64,000 nucleotides of DNA from the human T2T-CHM13v2.0 reference genome, Homo sapiens, in NCBI RefSeq assembly GCF_009914755.1, contig NC_060931.1. The stretch is one strand, 5' to 3'. A program made the translations under genes and the position numbers. Below the pieces are notes generated by a model. It did not search any database. It had not been told where the DNA came from and saw nothing but the letters and a program-made list of their open reading frames with translations. Of this stretch, positions 56,358-64,000 are shown piece by piece. Positions within the stretch are counted from its first letter, which is position 1. Every line of letters begins with the position of its first letter.

Positions 56358-56957
56358 CTATCTCATAGATTTTTTTTCATGTTATATAAGTTACATGTCA
56401 AGTTGTAAATCACCATTAAATTATTTAACTTTGTAAGTAGGCTCTGGTATTATAAAATATGTGATACTTTCAAAAAAATTATCAACATTATAAACCAAAG
56501 TAACTACTCTTCCCTTTTTCCATAGTTTTTTTTTTTTTAATCTCCATCCAGGCACTGATATTAACCATTTAATTGACTTTTAAGTTCCTTAAAGTCTAAG
56601 CAGAGTGACTTGTGCAGACACTCTCATGAAGAAGACACTATATAATATTTGTTTAATTTAGAATTCAAAGAGTTAATAAATGAGAGTACTTATATTTGGA
56701 ATAATAATTATAACAAAAAGTAGCTTATGAAATATATTAAAAACCTATGTCTCCTTTTAGTGCAATGTCAACATCATTCTCAGCCGAACTCTCCATTAAA
56801 TGTAAGAATAAGAACAGACTAGTTTAATTAATTCTCGAAATAGACAAACGCTAGTTTTTCTCTTTTTGTCTCTTTGTGGATTTTATTATCACCTAAATTG
56901 TTTCGGTATTTAAAGTGTCTCTGGAATTGAGTTAACAAAAACAAAAAGGATTGTACA

Positions 56958-57232
<275 letters not shown>

Positions 57233-59049
57233 TTACATATAATTATATATAATATATTTTTATACTTATATCTCTTATATAATATATATTTCTTATAATA
57301 TTACTATCCTTAAATAACATTTAAATAGAGAACCCATAATTTGTTCTTTGTATTCATTTGGAGGGTAGAATTCTAAGGTCAGTGAAAATTCACTGGTTTT
57401 ATACCCACTCAAAACTATACTGTGACCAAAATGTTCCCTACAATCACCGCCCCCCCGTCATACACACACACACACACACCCCTGCATGCGCATTTTCTGA
57501 ACAAATTACAGTAAGAATAGAGTCAATGAAGCATTTGGTTTCATCCAAAGTGCTGACTGCAGTGGAGGCTGTATGTAGGTTTTGAGGAAGACACATGAGA
57601 AAATGCTGACAGCATCATTTTAGAAATTTACACTCTCCTCATGGTCATTGTACAAGGGGAAATTAAACTTCATAATTCCTCCACATCCAACATGGTGTCT
57701 AACACAAATCAGTGTTTGATTAATGAATAACTATTTCTGAATAAGTATATAAGTTCATCTTTGGCTAAGTGAATACATTGAGAGTGATTGACTAAATACA
57801 TGAAGAAATAAAATAACTTAGGCACACACTTCATGCTAAAATCTACATTGACCAAGAATACCTGTCTCAGAGCACATGTAGGTCATGTTTAGTAACATAC
57901 CAGGGAGTCATTAGTAAGGAAATTCTAGTAGGAGCAAATTTAGTTCATTGGTTTGAACAAAATAAGTGAAACTTTTAAAAACAAAGTATGTGAAATAGCA
58001 AATATTTTAATGGGAAAATCAAAATTAGAATATGCTAAATGAGAATGCTGGATTCACAAAATAGATTCTGTAGAAGAGTTTATTCAGGTTATTATTAAGC
58101 AGAAGTGGTTTACTGAATTTGTTTTTCCTATATTAAATATGTAGCATTTTCATATTCTCAGACATTTAAGAATATTGGCAGGCTTATTTCAAGTTATTAA
58201 GTGTCAGAAAAGTGTCCATGACCAACATAAGAAAACAGTCTCTTCATGCTTTTCAATGCTCAAAACATATTCAAATGTAAAAATCCAATAATTTAATTGC
58301 AATAACAAACTCAGTGATGTGTGTTTATCTTGCTTTTACACACAGGGATTTACTAGAAATCACCTTATGGAAAAGTAGTTCTATGTGCTAAAGCCCAAAC
58401 TCAATGGAGCACTACACATAAAAGTTATTAAAATCAAATGGTTCTTTTAAACTTTAAATTTAAACCCAGAGAGCTAGATAATCCAAAAGGAAATTAAGGG
58501 AAATGTCCTTCTTTGAATAGTCAAACTACTACTGCATTTGGGAAAAAAAATTAAAAAGTTAAGTGATAGGACCCCTCCTACAAACAAAACGAAATCCCAC
58601 ATTTCAGTATAAGAATTATATTTATTCACATGCACTGGAATTGCACAAATTTATTTTTAAAAATTAATTTTAAAGGCTTATATTAAAGTAAGAAATTCAT
58701 TTTATTGATGATATTCATACCATTAATAATGTAAAATTTAAAAGAAAACAATTATCGATATTAACAATTCTTGAATGTGATTCTGTTTCTCACAATATAA
58801 ATATTATAAAATACCCTTTCACATGGACAAGTTCTCAAAAGGTTTGTAGACTTTATAGTTTCCATAACTTATTTTTACATGCTTATTGCTTTAGCGGTAA
58901 ATATGAGTAGAGTATAAAAATATAATTTAATATAATACTCCTTCATATATTAAAATTCAATTTTTGTATATATATATTTATACGTACGCATACATATTCT
59001 GAGTATTTAAAATTTCAAAAAGGCTTAGAATATTTTTAAAAAAGTATAA

Positions 59050-60890
59050 TATACTATGCCACTAAGGGAACCACCACCAATTCTTGAAAAAGAAGACATC
59101 TACAAAACCACAAAGTATTAGCAGTAGAAAATAATAAAAGAAGTAAACAAAATATTACACTAATTGGATGTTTAAAAAAATTCTCAATTAACTATGATGT
59201 CAAAGAGATAGTTATGTACACAAAAAAATATATTAAAACCCTTGGAAGTATACTAAACTCAGAGCATCAAAAATTACGACATTTATCCAACTGATACTAA
59301 GAGGAAAATCATTAGACTTTATTCAAATTAATAAATTTGATGAAATATTTAATTTATATGTGTATATAATTTATAATATATAAATAGTAAATAGTTTATA
59401 AACAGCTTTTTAAAATAAGATACAAAGTGCAGCTTAATTAGAAATAAGATTATATATTTTACATATTTGTACAGATTAGTATATGTGAATTATATATAAA
59501 TATACATTGATTACAAAGTGACTATCATTGATTACCATTGACTACACATTATCAATAAAATATGAATTGATTAATAAATAAAATATTAAATATTAAACTT
59601 AGAAAGGGTGTTCAGTAGATTAACTCATGATAATGAGATCTGATAAACTGAATCATAAACTAATTATTTTGAAAAAATTTAACAACACAGACAAAACTTT
59701 TATAAAGATAATTAATTAAAAAGAGAAGTACATATTAAAAATCCAAAATAAATTTGAGAATAAAGTGTGCATGAAAAATTTTAGAAAGTACTATGTAAAA
59801 CTTGATCAAGACAAATTTCAAAATCAGTGAAATGATCATTTTTCTGGGTAATACATAAATTTTCTAAATTACTTAACTAAAATAAATATTTAGAATATGT
59901 AGATGATCTTCAACAATTTATCAGAAATTCACCTTCTATTGTCCTGAATGATCAGTGTTCATGAGATTTTGAGAAATTATTTTTCTTAAGTAGGCATTTA
60001 ATTCTCATGCTGTGTATGCTAGATAAATTGAGTATACAAACATTAAAATCTGTCAAATTATGTTATGATGTTTATGTAGCCTTCTTAAAAGTAAAACAAA
60101 AAAGTAAATAAAATTTTAAAAATAAAGCTTTTGTTGGGGAGAAAACAGGAGGACAAATACTACCGTGTATCCGTACATATGCATCTAGAAAAATTATGAA
60201 AATTTGATACTAGTAAAAGTATCTACATTTGTACGTACCTGCAGTAGAAAATGTGAATGCAGAAACTAACCCTTCTGTTTTCAATAATTTAGAAAACAAT
60301 ATATGACCTTACAACAGAGTCAGGAAACAAAGAACTAATTGCCTAGCTCTCATGAAAAACGTATCATTCAAGATCTCTAACTTCTGCAAAAATAAATTCT
60401 AGGTGGATTAAAATATAAGATCTTTTAAAAAACTGCAGAAGTCTCAAATAAAATATAATTGAATATTTGCCTATCACAGAATAGGTGAGGACTTCCTATC
60501 TGTCAAAGTGATGGAAAAAAATCACAGAGGACATGATAAATCATTTTCCAAATAGGCCTTTTAAATCTCTGTGCATTAAAAATACCTACTTAAAAGCAAA
60601 ACATGAACAGAATCACAAGGCAAACAAAAAAGGGAGGAAATATTTACCAATATATTGTCAAGAGATAAAAATCTTTAAAATATTTTTAGAGCTTCTTGAG
60701 TTGATAAGACCCCAAATATCAGGTGGATAGCGTTTACATAGTGAATTTGTGTAAAGGACAGATAAATATATGAAAATATTAAAGAATATATAATACAAAA
60801 ATTAAATATAAATATGTGAAATATATAAAGTCTAATTTTATAAATTAACTTAAAGATTCAAGTATAATCAATAATGCAAGCCCATTTTTA
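59050..60890 (+). mobile_element. Ancient L1M (ORF2) remnants
   Basis: A-rich degraded ORF2-like motifs (ataaattctaggtggattaaa, ggtgaggacttccta). Confidence 0.45.
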
Positions 60891-60933
60891 TTTAATAAGT
60901 TACTGAAATAAAGTCTGTTGAGATACACAATGT

Positions 60934-61240
60934 GGTCGGACATGGTTGCTCATGCCTGTAATCTTAGCACTTTGGTTGGCTGGGGCGAGGGGACCCTTGA
61001 GTTCAGGAGTTCAAGACCAGCATAGGCAACATGGCAAAACCACACTCACCCCACCCCAGCCCCTGTCTCTACAAAATATAAAAATTAGCTAGGAATGGTG
61101 GTGAGCACCTGTAGTGCCAGCTACTTGGGAGGCTAATGTGGGAGGATCACCTGAGCCCAAGGGGTCGAGGCTGCAGTGGGGTGATAGTATCACTGCACTC
61201 CAGCCTGGGCAACACAGCAAGAGAAAGAAGAAAAGAAAAG
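60934..61240 (+). mobile_element. AluJ with about 20-bp C-rich insertion
   Basis: gggaggatcacctgagccca, gaggctgcagtg; extra cacactcaccccaccccagc at about 61041-61060. Confidence 0.88.
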
Positions 61241-61242
61241 GT

Positions 61243-61417
61243 GAGGAGAGGAGAGGAGAGGAGAGGAGAGGAGAGGGGAGGGGAGGGGAGGGGAGGGGAG
61301 GGGAGGGGAGGGGAGGGGAGGGGAGGGGAGGGGAGGGGAAGACAGACACCATGGAAGGGAGGGGAGTGGAGGGAGGGGAGGGGAGGGGAGGAGAGGAGAG
61401 GAGAGGAGAGGAGAGGG
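61243..61417. repeat. Polypurine pentamer repeats (GGAGA)6(GGGGA)13 - spacer - (GGGGA)n(GGAGA)5
   Basis: Counted directly; lies at the AluJ tail. Confidence 0.95.
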
Positions 61418-62084
61418 AAACACAGACACCATGCTGCACTGATTCAACGTAGCTCTTACTGGCTACAATAGGGGATTTAACGTCAAGAGTATGTCTGTTG
61501 AAGATGGTCACCATGGCAGTGTGGCTGGTGACAGAAAAGATGGTCTACTAATTAAAGTATCTGGCTTCACTGCTCGGGAGATTATTCTGAGTCATCCAGG
61601 CTAAATCAGTGGTGGCTATGCAGCCATGCTGGGATTGTCACAATGCTTGCTATGCAGCCATGCTGTATTGTCACATTACTTGCTAATTTTTTAGTTGAAG
61701 GAAAGGTTGCTCTAAGGATACTAGCCCCAGATTATTGAAATCTGCTGAAGCTTCCATCATTCATATGGTTCCTGGATTCTCTATCATTCTCTGGTTCATT
61801 TTACTATTTACAATATGAGACATAAGTTGTTGTGGGTATCATCAATGCAGTGTACAAGAAAACTGCCTGAACTGGCAAGGTCACCATGTCAGTCAAGAAA
61901 GCTCATGAAAGTGAAATGGGTATTATTTGTAACACTTGCACTGCCACCCTACCCCTTCTGTCATTTGAACCAACTGGTGGAATAATAGTTCCAGAACTAT
62001 TTGTCAATTACCATTTACATTTCTTAGGGACGTGCTGATTAATGATAACACATGTTAAAAGCATCAGAGGGAAAGAGAGGTTTT

Positions 62085-62799
62085 GACTCCCCACTAGATC
62101 TCCTGTGATACCTCCTCGCTGGGAAGTGACCGGAGTGCTTTACTATTGCTCCAGAGGTGACCTCTATTGGACAGGGATGAAAGCCCGGTCTCTCCATGAA
62201 GTTTTCTGACTCCACCCTAGTGAGGAAATGGAGAGGTGCCTAGTTACTGCTGGGTGGAGACGGAATCCTAGGCAGCCTGTGTGGTCTCCACTGGCACCAC
62301 GGGATGGGGTCTTATTATTACCTAGAGGGGATGGAAGTCCCTATTCTCTACCCAGCCTTCTGTGACACGACACTGGCCAATGGGTTGTGGTGCCTCATTA
62401 TAGACTGGCATGAATGGAAGTCTAGGTACTTCAATCTAGAATATAGTGGTTATTGTCTAAAAGCCTTCATTTTGTGAGGCTGCCCCGTTCTTAGTCCTTT
62501 AGCTAGAGAGACTAGGCTTTTGTTGTTGTTGTTCTTTGTCTACTCTTATGTGTGTTTCCAGGTTGCCAGTTGCCAGAAACTTCAGCTCCAGGTTAGGAGA
62601 TATGAGGCAAAAAGAAAATCCAGGAGCTCACCAGCATATCATTCATCAGGGTCATGGCCCCTAGACAGCTTGCCTCTTCTTTCCTCCCTTTAAAGAATTC
62701 TTCATTTTGTTTTATACATAATATCCAAGGATTTTAGATGGACTTAACAGGACACATAGGGAAATATATATCTAATACATCCTCATGGAAGCAGAAATT
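62085..62799 (-). mobile_element. Old L1 5' UTR (L1MCa/L1MDa/L1M4-type)
   Basis: gtggtctccactggcaccac, gatatgaggcaaaaagaaaatccagg, ttttatacataatatccaaggatttt...ggaagcagaa. Confidence 0.65.
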
Positions 62800-63069
62800 G
62801 TACATTAAAACCTTTTTTGCCATAATGAATGTAGAAATTCCATAATAAAGTAATTGTTAACTAAGTGGCAAAGTGATTATAGACATAGGGTGCATTATAT
62901 CAAATTATCAAATTTTATTTTAAAAGCTTTTAATAACATGAAAATATATCCTTTACCTGTGAAATGAAAAAGACACAATTGTATATGATATTTACTATAT
63001 CTTTGTGTGTGCATATATTAACTATATTTTGACTATGCAGATAAAATATATGGACCAGAATCACTGGTA

Positions 63070-63800
63070 ATTAAGAAGATGCATATTAAAGCAGTGAGAT
63101 ACATTTCACACACATTCGATTGAAAAAAGTTTAAATGATTGATAATTCCAAATGTTGTCCAGATTGGGAGGAAACAGGATCTGGTACATTGCTACCAGTT
63201 TAGGTGAGTTTAGGTGAGTGCAACTGCTTTTGGAGAGCAATTTGTCTATAACTAGCCAAATTAGAGTTGCATTATTTTCTAAAACCAGAAACTCTACATA
63301 TAAACATGTGCCACAGAAGGAGGGAGATAAACAAAGATGTTCGTTGTAACACTTCACACTTTTAAAACTTTGAAAGTAATGAAAATAAGTTAATTATTCA
63401 AATATAGGGGAAAGGTGTATAATCAATATGGTATATATATAATATGATAGTTAAAATGAATAAACTAGTTTTATGTGTAACAACATGGAGCTACTGCAAA
63501 AACATGAGAGAAAATAATCAATTATAAAATGTATAATATTATTTATGAAATTAAATGACATATAAAACTATATAATTATATGTGTATAAAATATAACTAT
63601 ATCTGCATAAAAATGATATATTAATTTTGTAATGTTGGTTATGTCTGAAAATGGAATGAGGGGCAAAGCACGAGGGAGTAGGAGCTTAGCAATGGCTGTA
63701 ACATGTTTTTCCCTTAAAAGTAAAGATAGCTAAGGAAAAGATGGCAACAGATTAGAAACTGTGGTTCACATGATTTTTACCGTGTAGTCCATTAAAGAAC
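63070..63800 (+). mobile_element. L1ME-type 3' fragment
   Basis: gcagtgagatacatttcacacac, caactgcttttggagagcaatttg. Confidence 0.55.
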
Positions 63801-64000
63801 ATTTTAAACAAACTTATTATTTGTAATAAAACAATGTGACATCATCATCTTCTTCATTATAAACGGATCTATTTTGTTTAAGAAGTTGTTAGATTCTGCT
63901 TAATAAACACTGGGTTTCATCCTCAAAGATGAGAGTGGAATAGCTTTCTAAATCATTGATTTTAAATTAGCGACAAAGTAGAAGCTATTTTTAAAGTATT

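Larger units (their letters stand above)
60901..62084 (+). pseudogene. EEF1A1 (pseudogene copy): Processed pseudogene fragment of EEF1A1 (C-terminal CDS and 3'UTR), interrupted by AluJ
   Basis: Collinear with EEF1A1: actgaaataaagtctgttgag (TEVKSVE), gtcaagagtatgtctgt (VKNVSV), gctggtgacag, ctggcttcactgctc, catccaggc, atatggttcctgg, ctggcaaggtcacca, aagaaagctca; 3'UTR ggtggaa...agaacta...ttaatgataaca; no introns; many indels. Confidence 0.9.

Noticed and set aside
61089-61514. Pro/Ser- and Gly/Arg/Glu-rich ORFs
   Set aside because: Translations of pentamer microsatellites and Alu
62800-62865. Possible continuation of the EEF1A1 3'UTR after the L1 5'UTR
   Set aside because: Similarity too weak in AT-rich sequence

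Overview
AT-rich primate genomic DNA, most likely human or another great ape (L1PA2 and AluY-lineage insertions are present). It looks intergenic or deep-intronic. No intact protein-coding gene, rRNA, tRNA or CRISPR array is supported. The recognisable ORFs in the track are transposon-derived (L1 ORF2, ERV-L gag and dUTPase); the rest look like chance or low-complexity frames. The window is a layered record of mobile DNA: about ten Alus (J, S, Y, Yd-like), L1 fragments from L1ME/MC/MA to L1PA2, MaLR LTRs (MLT1, MST, THE1), a MER52-type ERV1 solo LTR, MER20, L2/MIR, a doubly deleted HERV-L provirus with a perfect 5-bp TSD, and an old processed EEF1A1 pseudogene fragment split by an AluJ. I find no evidence for a new multi-gene system. 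The most unusual items are: (i) a 109-bp near-perfect hairpin whose loop is a deleted third copy of the arm (34053-34161); (ii) an HERV-L whose pol deletion fuses the gag C-terminus in frame to the dUTPase region; (iii) two twin-priming 5'-inverted L1s, one of them an ancient L1MA; (iv) a MER5-like DNA-transposon fragment with an A-tail and TSD, i.e. apparently retrotransposed; (v) a mirror-symmetric polypurine tract; (vi) possible spliced exons near 3.2 and 7.35 kb. Repeat subfamily names come from recalled consensus sequences and need RepeatMasker/Dfam confirmation. Boundaries of old elements are approximate.
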